From: Escherichia phage phi92
Sequence record: NC_023693.1
Reading direction: 5' to 3' (one strand)
DNA length: 64,000 bases
Below, piece after piece: positions 1 through 9,473 of this stretch. The notes beneath the pieces were generated by a model. The model searched no databases. It saw only the letters and a program-made list of their open reading frames with translations, and was not told the origin of the DNA. How positions within the stretch are numbered: the stretch's first letter is position 1; the number at the start of each line of letters is the position of its first letter. Position numbers and translations under genes: made by a program.

Positions 1-137
1 AGCCTACTTTCTTAAAAGCGCAATAAATCAGAATTATCTTGATTTTTAGTCGGTTTTATAGTATAGAAAATATGTAAATGATAATCATTATCAGCTATCT
101 TCCACGGGTGGCACTATTTCACGCCAGATCATTTCAT

Positions 138-166
138 TTGACAAGGTGTATATAGATGTTTAGACT
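138..166 (+). promoter_or_regulatory. sigma70-like promoter (TTGACA-N17-TAGACT)
   Basis: TTGACA 138-143, 17 bp spacer, TAGACT 161-166; same architecture recurs about 10 times in the window. Confidence 0.35.
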
Positions 167-698
167 TGCCAAGCCATTGATTTACTTAGAATTTATCTGT
201 TTTGTTGTGAGTAGTACCTTTCTTGCTCAGAAAATAATCAAAAGTCTTATAAGTCATTGAATGATAATGCAAATGATAATTATTCTCATTGATATTTGAG
301 GGGGACGGTCGGCAGAAATCGGGGGGCGCTGAAAATCGCGTTAAGCACCTCTCGCAAGCGAGCAGTATTTTGCGGCAAGTTATTGATATTATTGACTTTA
401 CGCTTATGAAAAGGGGGGTGTGTCGAAATAAATCGGGTATACCGGAAAATTTTTGTGGCATAGATATTTATTTGTCTATATTATGTACAAAGGGGGTGTG
501 TTAAAAATATTAGGTATATATAGAATAATTGATAGGGAAATCCTATACTAATTCCTTCATTATTGCAGTGGGTGAAAGACAGAATTGAAGATGCAAATAA
601 TGCTTGCATTGAATAAAAATGTCTGTATAGTGGTTTGCATACCGCGCACGACGCGTTTCCATTTTCAATAAAATGTTAGCATTATGGGGAGGTAGAAA

Positions 699-1160
699 AT
701 GAGACAACTATCTATACTGGAAGCACATGTGCAATGTGTTGCAGATTATGTCAAAGAACACTCAAGTTTGTTGGATGTAACCTGTGCAGTGCAAAATGAT
801 GTAGGTATTGTCTGTGTGCGACATATCTTATCTGAAACTCGTTATGAAGTATTTCGTGCCAAGTTGTTTGGATGTGATCAAGTGCATGTAAACTTCTTGG
901 ATTCCAATTTTCGTTATGCTTTAGAAAATATTGATGATTATCTTCCTTGCTCTCCGACCGGATATGTGATGATAGCAGCAAATGAAGTAACACCAAACAA
1001 CAGTGAGCGGGAAACTTTGTTACGGAAGAAAATACGCCAACTGCAAGTGTTGAATGAACTGAAAGAAGAGATTGAAAAAGAACTGAAAGAAGATTTTGGT
1101 ATGCTTCCAAAAGACGCTTTGAAATGGTATGATGAACTAGGAGAGGAAAGTTATGAATAA
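699..1160 (+). CDS. hypothetical early protein (paralog of 6912-7163 product)
   Basis: 153 aa ORF; GGGGAGG SD 7 nt upstream; shares HxSLL..V....G...V.H.LS.T.Y.VF block with the 6912-7163 protein. Confidence 0.6.
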   Translation: MRQLSILEAHVQCVADYVKEHSSLLDVTCAVQNDVGIVCVRHILSETRYEVFRAKLFGCDQVHVNFLDSNFRYALENIDDYLPCSPTGYVMIAANEVTPNNSERETLLRKKIRQLQVLNELKEEIEKELKEDFGMLPKDALKWYDELGEESYE

Positions 1161-1329
1161 AGAAACTACTGTGTACTTAGTAACAAAGAATACCCCAGGC
1201 TGGAGCCAATGCAGCACTGTCCCTTACAAGATCTGTGCAACATTAGAACTAGCACAACGTGCAGAAGCAGAAGTGAATGCCATGCAATACAGCTATGGTG
1301 AAATCATTCCTTTTACTCTTGAACAATAA
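1153..1329 (+). CDS. small hypothetical protein (58 aa)
   Basis: ATG overlaps upstream stop (ATGAATAA), AGGAAAG SD; below the ORF-track length cutoff. Confidence 0.3.
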   Translation: MNKETTVYLVTKNTPGWSQCSTVPYKICATLELAQRAEAEVNAMQYSYGEIIPFTLEQ

Positions 1330-1340
1330 GGAGTTGTGTA

Positions 1341-1793
1341 ATGTTTGAAATTGGTAAAGTGTATCGTTTTAAGAACCCATCTTATATCCGTAAGTTTGCT
1401 AACGTGTCTGAGTGCAATAGCAGGATTGCTTCTTTTTTAGGTGATTCCTATTTTCGTGTATTAGATGTGGATGATTGGTATGGTGTCACTGCTTTGCAAT
1501 CCTTAGCAGGAGAACAAGAAATTATCGCTCAAAATGAAGGAGACTTTCTTCAGTGTTACACGTTGCTTGCAAAAAGTGAGTTTGAGTATTTTGTAGAAGT
1601 CTTAGAGGAAGCACCAAAAAGTAAACACGAAGAGAAATACTTGCTTGTAGTGGATGGAGTTCCAATCATGGAAACCATCTCCCGTGAGGAAGTTGAAAAA
1701 GAGGCGAAACGTTACAAGCTGGATCGTACACAGAGTGTAGTTGAAGTCTATTCTCTTGTTGGTGTTGCAGATATTAGTGTGAACATCGTATAA
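1341..1793 (+). CDS. hypothetical early protein
   Basis: 150 aa ORF, AAGGAG SD upstream. Confidence 0.6.
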   Translation: MFEIGKVYRFKNPSYIRKFANVSECNSRIASFLGDSYFRVLDVDDWYGVTALQSLAGEQEIIAQNEGDFLQCYTLLAKSEFEYFVEVLEEAPKSKHEEKYLLVVDGVPIMETISREEVEKEAKRYKLDRTQSVVEVYSLVGVADISVNIV

Positions 1794-1796
1794 TAT

Positions 1797-2009
1797 ATGT
1801 GTAATGACAGATACATTCTTCGTGTATCTGATAAGTCTCCTATGTTTGACTGGCGGGGCTGGTGGTTACTAGCTCCGATGCAAGGTCTGATAGACGTGGA
1901 AAAGGAGGCTTATGTGTATACAAAAGAAGAGATAGAAGATAGTCTTTATTTGACAGATAGCATTAAGAGTGGTATCTTTGAGTGTAAATTGAAAGGAGAG
2001 GAAGAATGA
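1797..2009 (+). CDS. hypothetical protein
   Basis: 70 aa ORF in same-strand array; weak SD, start uncertain. Confidence 0.4.
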   Translation: MCNDRYILRVSDKSPMFDWRGWWLLAPMQGLIDVEKEAYVYTKEEIEDSLYLTDSIKSGIFECKLKGEEE

Positions 2010-2305
2010 CTGTTACAGAAAAACTGCGCTGTATTGCAAAGCAAAGTGGAGAAGGTTTATGGTTTCCTATTGAGGAAATTATTCAGGACTGTTATGATCA
2101 GGCTAAGACTGGCAAATACTCCAAAGCATTTAAACCGTCTGTTTTCGGTTTGGATGACTATCCAAAAAATGAACAAGCAAAGAAACGACAAGTTGATTTG
2201 ATTGATCTTGCTATGGAAGCACTACGAGAGCATGGGCTTAGTAAGGTGTATGCTTTAAACACCAAAGAGGGCTTTGTAGATTCAGTGATCGTAGACTGGT
2301 ATTAA
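2006..2305 (+). CDS. hypothetical protein
   Basis: 99 aa ORF, GAAAGGAGAGG SD, start overlaps upstream stop. Confidence 0.55.
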   Translation: MTVTEKLRCIAKQSGEGLWFPIEEIIQDCYDQAKTGKYSKAFKPSVFGLDDYPKNEQAKKRQVDLIDLAMEALREHGLSKVYALNTKEGFVDSVIVDWY

Positions 2306-2314
2306 GGAGAAGTC

Positions 2315-2683
2315 ATGCAAGAGAATAGTAAAGTGTGTAGCATGAAAAGCAGCCCTTATTTGCTACAATTTTATGAGTGGTGGTTAGAACAAGAAGATAC
2401 AAACTTTAGCAAAAAGCATTATGGTCTTTGCACGTGTCTTGTAGACTTCTTATACAATATTGCTTGGATAAAAGATGTTGAGAGTGTATCAAAGCTCCAA
2501 TCCTCTGTACGAGAGGAAATGAAGGAACAGTTTAAGAAAGCGGGTTTGAACCATTTACATCCGTTTAATACGGATTTCTCGCACTACTTTACGGAAACAG
2601 AGCTAGGCATTGCACACCTTAATAAAGAACGTGTACAATGGGTGATTGATCGTATTCGTGATATGGAGGAATACAATGGTTAA
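2315..2683 (+). CDS. hypothetical protein (paralog of 3307-3891 product)
   Basis: 122 aa; AAGGAGAAG SD; shares LLQFY..W, LHPFN and HLNxxRxxWV blocks with the 3307-3891 protein. Confidence 0.6.
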   Translation: MQENSKVCSMKSSPYLLQFYEWWLEQEDTNFSKKHYGLCTCLVDFLYNIAWIKDVESVSKLQSSVREEMKEQFKKAGLNHLHPFNTDFSHYFTETELGIAHLNKERVQWVIDRIRDMEEYNG

Positions 2684-2894
2684 GTTTAAAACTTTCTGTG
2701 CAATCTCTGTTTGTCTTATTCTTGCATACGTGTTATTCTCTGGTATCATTCGTTTAGGTGAGTATATGGCAAGAGAAGCTCGTGAAAGTGAAGCTAAAAA
2801 AGAACAGTGTATTGTGTTCAAGCATCAAAGAGATGCTGAAAAGTTTCTCGCACTTGATTGCAATCGTTATGTATCTTATCAAATGTATGAGTAA
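2676..2894 (+). CDS. small membrane protein (paralog of 7387-7611 product)
   Basis: 72 aa from ATG 2676 (GGAGG SD); N-terminal hydrophobic helix; KEQCIVFKHQRDAEKFL block matches KEKCIILKHNKQAEDFL at 7387-7611. Confidence 0.55.
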   Translation: MVKFKTFCAISVCLILAYVLFSGIIRLGEYMAREARESEAKKEQCIVFKHQRDAEKFLALDCNRYVSYQMYE

Positions 2895-2903
2895 GGAGGA
2901 TTT

Positions 2904-3128
2904 ATGGTAAAACGTCTGGAATGGGATGCGTGTACTGCTCACGCTTGTCACTGTGATATTGTTGAAGATCCTAATGGAGAGATGGTGTATTATGAGGATT
3001 ACGAAGCATTGCACAATGCTGTGATTGCTTTACTGGATGATATTAGCTCACGCTATCCAGGACAACAGTTTACGTGTCCACATATCCAACTATTAGCCAA
3101 ACTTACGGAGTATCCAAGTGTTTCATAA
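2904..3128 (+). CDS. hypothetical Cys-rich protein (paralog of 8272-8535 product)
   Basis: 74 aa; AAGGAGG SD; CDIVEDPNGEMVYYEDYEAL matches CDIVPDPEGDYVLLADYNKL in the 8272-8535 protein. Confidence 0.55.
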   Translation: MVKRLEWDACTAHACHCDIVEDPNGEMVYYEDYEALHNAVIALLDDISSRYPGQQFTCPHIQLLAKLTEYPSVS

Positions 3129-3306
3129 TATGGGTGTCCCTGAACAACTCCTCTTTATTGTAGGATTAGTAGGCTTACTGGCGGCTGGCGCTAAAGCCGC
3201 TTCTCACACGCATCACATAATGTTAAGATTTCTATTCCTACTCCCTTCTATCCTCGTACTATTAGTCATACTGATCGATAACATTTTGCACAATTAAGGA
3301 GAGGTT

Positions 3307-3891
3307 ATGAGTAAAGTTATACCAAGCAGTTATGAATTATTGCAGTTTTATGTATATTACTTAGACTGGGTTAATAGATCGAATGTTAAAGACAATGCGA
3401 TGTTTAGTAAAAACATCTGTTTAACAGAAAGTATCTTCCGTTACTGGCACACAGGTAGAAAGTGTACACACAGTGAAGCTATGCGCATTGTAGGAGAATA
3501 TCTGGAGCAATTGCAAAAAGCAGAGCTACCTGTCCTTCACCCATTCAATGAATCTAAAGAAGAATTAGAACAAGAGTGTAGAGAAGGTAAGTGCCATTTG
3601 AATGAAAAACGTATCGAATGGGTGAGGCAACGTTTAGCCGATGCAGGAAAGACTCCTAGTGACTCTGACTATACGTGGTATGATGTAGAGGGTTTAGTTC
3701 AAGGTTTTGAGGCTTGTGCTATAGATAATACCAACTTTGCCAAAGTTTTATGCGAGGCTTATGACCTGGCAGATAAAATCCGAAATCATGGATGGAAACA
3801 AGAGCATAAAGAATCATATGAACGCCTTGACAAGATTTTCAAACAGATCTATTCTAACCACAAGAAGATGTTCCAAATGGAGGATGTGTAA
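3307..3891 (+). CDS. hypothetical protein (paralog of 2315-2683 product)
   Basis: 194 aa, AAGGAGAGG SD. Confidence 0.6.
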   Translation: MSKVIPSSYELLQFYVYYLDWVNRSNVKDNAMFSKNICLTESIFRYWHTGRKCTHSEAMRIVGEYLEQLQKAELPVLHPFNESKEELEQECREGKCHLNEKRIEWVRQRLADAGKTPSDSDYTWYDVEGLVQGFEACAIDNTNFAKVLCEAYDLADKIRNHGWKQEHKESYERLDKIFKQIYSNHKKMFQMEDV

Positions 3892-4577
3892 TGAAAGAGA
3901 TTATGTTTGAAGGGCATCGTTACGAAGTTCCAGACAATGCAAATTTCATGGCTCGTGATATCACTGGAGATGTGTTCTGGTTTGAAGATGAACCTGTGTT
4001 TTCTTCGAACAAACACTGGTTTTCACAACAATCTTCTTCGGAAAATATGACTTTTGGTTATGTAGAACCTAAAGTGCGCTGCAAAGCAGCTTCTTCTTTG
4101 GTAAAAATTTCCCAAGATGATCAAGAAAATACTCAAGATGTTGTTAGTGCGCTACTGAAGTACATTGCAGAACTTGAGAAGAAAATTAAAGAAGCAGAAA
4201 CTAAGGTGAAAGCACGATCAGCCATCATTGAAGCTATGTCTGAACGTATCTTAGAGCTAGAAGATTTGTGTGGAGAGGCTTATCAAGTGGTCGGTGCACT
4301 GGCTTATGAAGCACAAATGTTTGAAACTTCAGAACAAGTTTCACATATGTTAGATAATTTAAGTGAATGTAAAATGATTCATGATGATGTATTGCCATTT
4401 TGTTGCAATGTTAACAAAACAGAGCAAACAGAAGATTCAGAAACAGTTTATGTTCCGCTGATGTGTGTTCCAGATCATCTAAAAGGTGTATTCTCTTGTA
4501 AATGGTCACTGTTGAGCGTTACTAATTGTGGTGAAAACTATTCTGCCAACATTGAATTGCTAAAACACGTTAAATAA
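3891..4577 (+). CDS. hypothetical protein
   Basis: 228 aa, ATGA start/stop overlap with upstream gene. Confidence 0.6.
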   Translation: MKEIMFEGHRYEVPDNANFMARDITGDVFWFEDEPVFSSNKHWFSQQSSSENMTFGYVEPKVRCKAASSLVKISQDDQENTQDVVSALLKYIAELEKKIKEAETKVKARSAIIEAMSERILELEDLCGEAYQVVGALAYEAQMFETSEQVSHMLDNLSECKMIHDDVLPFCCNVNKTEQTEDSETVYVPLMCVPDHLKGVFSCKWSLLSVTNCGENYSANIELLKHVK

Positions 4578-4587
4578 GGAGAGTAAT

Positions 4588-4992
4588 ATGTGGTCTGTTA
4601 AAATCAAATATAATGCGCAGTATTATGGTGGAAAGCCTTACGAAGTTGTTATTTGTGACTGTATCTCTAAAGAAGTTGCACAGCTTTGTGGCGCTGGGGT
4701 TAGTGAAGCTATGAACAAAATGCATAACTCGACTGTGCGTTACCTGGATCAAGATATTCCAGAAGATGTAAATGATTATGCTTACGAAGTTATTTACAGT
4801 GAAGGTAAGAAGCTCTCTATTGAAGATGCACTTAAAGCACTACCTGCTATGTGCAACCCGACACCAGAAGCAGTTAAAGAGATTTCACCAGAATCCAACC
4901 CCGATGAATATGCTGCTATGGTTGCTTCGGACATGTGGAATCTCTGTCGAGAAACTATGATTAAAAATCTGGTGGAAATGGCGCATGAGTAA
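4588..4992 (+). CDS. hypothetical protein
   Basis: 134 aa, AAGGAGAG SD. Confidence 0.55.
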   Translation: MWSVKIKYNAQYYGGKPYEVVICDCISKEVAQLCGAGVSEAMNKMHNSTVRYLDQDIPEDVNDYAYEVIYSEGKKLSIEDALKALPAMCNPTPEAVKEISPESNPDEYAAMVASDMWNLCRETMIKNLVEMAHE

Positions 4993-5203
4993 AACACACT
5001 TTATACATCCGTTTGATCCAAAGAACAAGGCGGTTATACACCGCCGTTGGACTGAAACGCGCATTACAAAATGTCCTGTGCCAGCAGCACAGGAATATAA
5101 CAAAACATATAAAGCAGAATTTGTGGAGTACACCTTTGTAAATAACAAAGGGAAGGAGGTTTATGTTCCAGAATACTGCCTTTGGATAAAATGGGAGGAA
5201 TAA
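4985..5203 (+). CDS. hypothetical protein
   Basis: 72 aa, overlaps upstream stop. Confidence 0.5.
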   Translation: MSKTHFIHPFDPKNKAVIHRRWTETRITKCPVPAAQEYNKTYKAEFVEYTFVNNKGKEVYVPEYCLWIKWEE

Positions 5204-5204
5204 T

Positions 5205-5370
5205 GCAAACATTTTTTATCGACAAGTTCAATAAAAGTATGAACACGTGGATGGCAACATTCACTATGCAATTTGCGTCATTTAAAGAAGCTCAAGAATG
5301 GTGCGATCAACACAAGGATTTTGATTTTTACTATCAAGTTAATGCAAACCTTTCTCCAGAGGATAAATAA
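5205..5370 (+). CDS. hypothetical protein
   Basis: ATG at 5205 preceded by GGGAGG; in frame with track ORF 5182-5370. Confidence 0.4.
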
Positions 5371-5371
5371 T

Positions 5372-5716
5372 ATGTTGGCTGATATTGAAATCCTTATGTA
5401 CCGACAAGGTATGATCAAAATGTGGCTAGATTCTTTTAGCAACATATACTGCACAGTACGATCAGCAGACGAGCGTAAAACGCTTATTTTATCTGCTATT
5501 GTTGATAAACAACGTTTCTTCAAAGAAATTTTGCAAACAGGCTTCTCCGATGCAGGAGTAGAGATTGCAACGCTTAGTCTTGGAGTGCTGTCTTACTTGG
5601 AATCCGTTGTTTTATATGTCTTCTCTTTAGAGGAAGACTTGCAATTCGAAGCATTAAAACTTATCTTAGATGCTGCAATTGACATAGAACAAAATCGAAT
5701 TGATTCTTTTGAATAA
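5372..5716 (+). CDS. hypothetical protein
   Basis: internal ATG of track ORF 5273-5716 chosen so it does not overlap upstream gene; GAGGA SD. Confidence 0.5.
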   Translation: MLADIEILMYRQGMIKMWLDSFSNIYCTVRSADERKTLILSAIVDKQRFFKEILQTGFSDAGVEIATLSLGVLSYLESVVLYVFSLEEDLQFEALKLILDAAIDIEQNRIDSFE

Positions 5717-5731
5717 AATAAGGAGAAAACT

Positions 5732-6190
5732 ATGAAAGAGGTTAAACATTATCCACATGGTCGTAGTTTTGTAGCTGTATGGCATGTTCCTGCTCGTAAT
5801 GAACTATTTTGTGCATCTTTTCATTACAAAGATGGACAATATTTCACCTATGACGAAACGATGGATGATTTTATCCCAGAGTGCGATCATGGGTATACAC
5901 CAATGTTCTTTAAACGTATGAAAGCTCGTTTCTTCGTTACAGATGTTGATGGTGAACCTACTTGGCACATCGAAGAAGATTGGCAAGATTCTGTGGATAT
6001 TAAAGAAGCCCCAGAATGGGCTACATTACTGGTACACGTCAAAACCCCTACTCTTGACGTTATGGCGTGGGTTAATCATGATGATACCCATTACCAATAC
6101 ATAAATGGTAGCACAGAGATTTCTGGTGAGATTATTGGTCGTTGGAAGCCTACAAATCAGGTTGCTATTGTCGGGTATAAGACAGTATAA
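5732..6190 (+). CDS. hypothetical protein
   Basis: 152 aa, AAGGAGAA SD. Confidence 0.6.
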   Translation: MKEVKHYPHGRSFVAVWHVPARNELFCASFHYKDGQYFTYDETMDDFIPECDHGYTPMFFKRMKARFFVTDVDGEPTWHIEEDWQDSVDIKEAPEWATLLVHVKTPTLDVMAWVNHDDTHYQYINGSTEISGEIIGRWKPTNQVAIVGYKTV

Positions 6191-6191
6191 T

Positions 6192-6386
6192 ATGAAAAAT
6201 AGTGTAGATTGGGATGATTTATCCGATTTTGAAAAATGGTTCTTAGGTAGTGGTTGTTATGCAGATGGGGATCTCGAAAGAGATCCTTCTGGAAACTACA
6301 CTATGCCATTAACCCAAGGTTTTTATGAGTGCTGGTGCGCAGCACAAAACAACGTACTGAATAAGGAGACAACACAATGCAATTAA
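6192..6386 (+). CDS. hypothetical protein
   Basis: internal ATG of track ORF 6105-6386, abuts upstream stop. Confidence 0.4.
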   Translation: MKNSVDWDDLSDFEKWFLGSGCYADGDLERDPSGNYTMPLTQGFYECWCAAQNNVLNKETTQCN

Positions 6387-6616
6387 ACATCGGACAACCC
6401 ATTTTTGATGCAGATACTGGTCAATATGCAGTGATTGTTGCTCGTATGAGCGGTGATGACCTTATTGTTTCAGAACTACTCGGATCAGATCCGCAACTGC
6501 GCGTAGTATGTGACCTATATCTTCGAGACGAAAGTGATCGCATTGCACTGAAAGAAGATGGTATGCTCTACTATACCTGGACTAGAGATCCTGGGGTAAC
6601 GGAGGTAGAGGTATAA
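6377..6616 (+). CDS. hypothetical protein
   Basis: 79 aa, AAGGAGA SD. Confidence 0.5.
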   Translation: MQLNIGQPIFDADTGQYAVIVARMSGDDLIVSELLGSDPQLRVVCDLYLRDESDRIALKEDGMLYYTWTRDPGVTEVEV

Positions 6617-6915
6617 TGGTAAGGAATAGGGGTTTACATAAAAGAAGACACCTTACTTACTGGCATCGTAAAGTACATGAACCTGTATCAAAGAAAGAAT
6701 GGCAATATCTGCCTTATGGGAAGGAGCGAAGAAAGTATCTGTTAGCTCACTTAAGGGTACATGGTTCTCTTCCTGTTAACAGTAAGTGGCAATTGCAAAC
6801 AGCTTATGACGAAGATATGAAATATCTGTTAAAGAGAGGCATTATTTGCCTTGTTAAGATAGGACGATGGAAATCTCGTCAATCTTATATCGTACTTAAA
6901 CAGGAGAAACGATGA
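6616..6915 (+). CDS. hypothetical basic protein
   Basis: 99 aa, GGAGG SD, Lys/Arg rich. Confidence 0.5.
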   Translation: MVRNRGLHKRRHLTYWHRKVHEPVSKKEWQYLPYGKERRKYLLAHLRVHGSLPVNSKWQLQTAYDEDMKYLLKRGIICLVKIGRWKSRQSYIVLKQEKR

Positions 6916-7163
6916 ATATCAAAGATGTTGTAGCATACGTAGAAGATGAAGTTAAAAACCATACAAGTTTACTGAAAGTAATGGTTGTGGTTAAAGATGG
7001 TATTGGACAAGTAAACGTACAACATGTCTTATCTGACACTGTATATAATGTGTTTGAATGTAAAGAAACACCTCATGGAGTACGTGTGGTTTATATTGAT
7101 AACAATTTCAAAGAATGTGTGAGACATACCTTAGAAAATGAACTAAGGATCACAATCTTATGA
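6912..7163 (+). CDS. hypothetical protein (paralog of 699-1160 product)
   Basis: 83 aa, AGGAGA SD; paralog block as for 699-1160. Confidence 0.55.
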   Translation: MNIKDVVAYVEDEVKNHTSLLKVMVVVKDGIGQVNVQHVLSDTVYNVFECKETPHGVRVVYIDNNFKECVRHTLENELRITIL

Positions 7164-7333
7164 GTTATTATGTTGTACCTTATGCCAATAAGTGGAGAGT
7201 AAGAGAAACTTGTTTTCTATTCTCCTGGTGGGCTACGTTCGGAGATGGTTGTGGAAATGATACAGGAAAGCCTGTAGAGTACGACACAAAAGAAGAATGT
7301 GAACAGTGGATAAAATTAACACAAAGATGTTGA
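7160..7333 (+). CDS. small Cys-rich hypothetical protein (57 aa)
   Basis: ATGA overlap with upstream stop; below ORF-track cutoff. Confidence 0.3.
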   Translation: MSYYVVPYANKWRVRETCFLFSWWATFGDGCGNDTGKPVEYDTKEECEQWIKLTQRC

Positions 7334-7358
7334 CACGATCTTAACTTCTTGTTAGTAT
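7330..7358 (+). promoter_or_regulatory. sigma70-like promoter (TTGACA-N17-TAGTAT)
   Basis: TTGACA 7330-7335, TAGTAT 7353-7358, upstream of 7387 gene. Confidence 0.4.
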
Positions 7359-7386
7359 CAATGTGTACTAACGATAAGGAGGGTTT

Positions 7387-7611
7387 ATGAAGTCTGTAAA
7401 CAAGTTGCAACAATTTTTGTTATCAACAGCAATCTCTTTGCTTTTGTTAATTGGTATTCTGTATGGTGAATCTAACTTGTACAATCTACATAATGATGTA
7501 GAACAGAACAAAGAGAAGTGCATCATTCTAAAACACAATAAACAAGCAGAAGATTTCTTAAAGAATAAGTGTTACAACTACATTGATTATGAGGAGACAA
7601 ACAATGATTAA
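7387..7611 (+). CDS. small membrane protein (paralog of 2676-2894 product)
   Basis: 74 aa, AAGGAGGG SD, N-terminal hydrophobic helix. Confidence 0.5.
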   Translation: MKSVNKLQQFLLSTAISLLLLIGILYGESNLYNLHNDVEQNKEKCIILKHNKQAEDFLKNKCYNYIDYEETNND

Positions 7612-7846
7612 AGAATTAGGTATGCGAGTATACAGTGAGTGGACTCCAAGCAATGGCCCAGGAGTTGTTGCAGCTAAATGTATCAATGGTCGTATTGAGT
7701 ACCTGGAAGGGTATGAAGATAATGAAGAGTTAGTAGACTATGCTAAATCTTTTATTGAAGATGATACAGACTTTATTGTATTATATGATACAGGAGAGTT
7801 AGAGTATGGATATGATGGAGATGGGGATATCTTTGAACTTCAATAA
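7604..7846 (+). CDS. hypothetical acidic protein
   Basis: ATG 7604 with GAGGAGA SD; in frame with track ORF 7583-7846. Confidence 0.5.
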   Translation: MIKELGMRVYSEWTPSNGPGVVAAKCINGRIEYLEGYEDNEELVDYAKSFIEDDTDFIVLYDTGELEYGYDGDGDIFELQ

Positions 7847-8053
7847 GAGTAGTAAGTAAGGTATAAAGAGTATATAGTTAGTTATAGAGTTAGTAACATT
7901 ACATATACTCTTTCCATGTATAACATGGAATATTCTCTACCTCGCTATCGCTCGGTATATAAGATTAGGGTAGCATGTTTTTTACGAAAAGTAAAACTGT
8001 TTATACCGATTGATAGCAGGTTTTTAATAGATTCTATCTATGAGGAGTAGAAA

Positions 8054-8272
8054 GTGTACAAATTATATAAAGGAAAAGATAAGTTTACGGGTAATACATC
8101 TGGTTTCTATGTAACACCACGTGGCGTTGCCGTATTTGATTGGATTCCTGGTACTCCAGATCGTGAAATGATCTCTCTTGTAAAACTGTCGGAACAAGAG
8201 TACACTTACGGTGACATTACAACATTCTATTCTCGTGCAGAAAATCCAAAACTGATCGCGGAGTGGGAATAA
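8054..8272 (+). CDS. hypothetical protein
   Basis: 72 aa, GTG start with GAGGAG SD. Confidence 0.5.
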   Translation: MYKLYKGKDKFTGNTSGFYVTPRGVAVFDWIPGTPDREMISLVKLSEQEYTYGDITTFYSRAENPKLIAEWE

Positions 8273-8535
8273 TGGTTACACGATATGGTTTAGAGGTGTA
8301 CAGCCAAGGTGCTGCTGGTCAATGTGATATTGTACCAGATCCAGAAGGAGACTATGTTCTTCTTGCTGATTACAACAAGCTAGAAGAAAGACTTCTGGCT
8401 GTGTATGCTAAAGAGAACAAAACAATCTGTCCTTATTGCAATGGAATGGGTTGGGTGGTTGCAGATGTTGGACAAATGTATGAATGTGTACCTTGTAAAA
8501 CCACAGGCTTTATTGAAAAGGATACTGACAAATGA
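8272..8535 (+). CDS. hypothetical Cys-rich protein (paralog of 2904-3128 product)
   Basis: ATG 8272 overlapping upstream stop; CPYC...CVPC motif. Confidence 0.5.
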   Translation: MVTRYGLEVYSQGAAGQCDIVPDPEGDYVLLADYNKLEERLLAVYAKENKTICPYCNGMGWVVADVGQMYECVPCKTTGFIEKDTDK

Positions 8536-8780
8536 CTGTAGCAGATAAAATGAGAGAACTGGCAGAAAACGCAGAACTTAACAAAGCAAAGGAGAGTTTA
8601 CAAAACATCTACGCGTATATTGAAAGAGCAGCTAAAGATGGAGACAGAGAAGCTGCTATATACACGCTTTATCCAACTTTTGTAAAAGTTAGCTTGGATG
8701 CTGAAGGTTTTTCAACTTTTATTGATACAGAAACATCTCATTATGATGAAAACTTTACTCGAATAGTTATTCGATGGTAA
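8532..8780 (+). CDS. hypothetical protein
   Basis: 82 aa, ATGA overlap. Confidence 0.5.
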   Translation: MTVADKMRELAENAELNKAKESLQNIYAYIERAAKDGDREAAIYTLYPTFVKVSLDAEGFSTFIDTETSHYDENFTRIVIRW

Positions 8781-8885
8781 ATTTCTGACATTTATGCGCC
8801 CTGGCTACCTGGGCGTAATAAATTCAGCTTATATTTGATCCGCGCCTTCGGCGCTTAGGCAAAGCCACGCCACATAGGAGAGTTT

Positions 8886-9296
8886 ATGTTCAAATGGTTA
8901 AAAGAGTTTCTAACATCTTTGGCAGAACCTAAGCAAGATGTTATTAAAAGCTCTATCACAGGAAAACCGCTTGTTATAGTTACAGGCGGCTTTGGTCATG
9001 GGTTTTCTCTTAAACAAACAGATATAGGTTTACAAGGGTGTCTGATTAGTTTTAGAATCACTCAATTAGGAGATAATAGACAAACAATCTTAGATCTTTT
9101 CAATGGGGAGTTTGATGATTATTTATCTAAGAGTGATAAAGAACGTCTGATCGAGCATATAAAACATCGCTATGAGCATGGTGGTTACTATTTAGAGACA
9201 AAACGTAATTCACAAGGTAATCTTGACATAGTTAGCACAGCGTGGGATAATGAATTTAAAACTAAACTTGGTAAACTTCTGGAGGAGTTATGGTAA
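8886..9296 (+). CDS. hypothetical protein
   Basis: 136 aa, AGGAGAG SD. Confidence 0.55.
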   Translation: MFKWLKEFLTSLAEPKQDVIKSSITGKPLVIVTGGFGHGFSLKQTDIGLQGCLISFRITQLGDNRQTILDLFNGEFDDYLSKSDKERLIEHIKHRYEHGGYYLETKRNSQGNLDIVSTAWDNEFKTKLGKLLEELW

Positions 9297-9472
9297 ATAT
9301 TAAAACAGGTGATATTGTACGTCTTGCCAGTGAAGAAATGTTAATGACTGTAATGGTATCTACTTATGATACTTGCGAAGTAGTGTGGTTTGATGTTAAT
9401 GAGCAACTACAGAAAGCTACATTTGATAAACGTATGCTTCGTAAAGTTGAAGAAGTGAAGGAGGAAGAATAA
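9290..9472 (+). CDS. hypothetical protein
   Basis: 60 aa ORF overlapping upstream stop. Confidence 0.45.
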   Translation: MVNIKTGDIVRLASEEMLMTVMVSTYDTCEVVWFDVNEQLQKATFDKRMLRKVEEVKEEE

Positions 9473-9473
9473 T

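Noticed and set aside
186-504. Track ORFs 186-461 (minus) and 289-504 (plus) in the leader region
   Set aside because: No SD motif, overlap each other on opposite strands, and lie in repeat/G-tract-rich AT-rich sequence; more likely non-coding.
751-1110. Minus-strand ORF antisense to the 699-1160 gene
   Set aside because: Entirely nested antisense in a plus-strand early array; no SD; the plus-strand ORF has paralog support.
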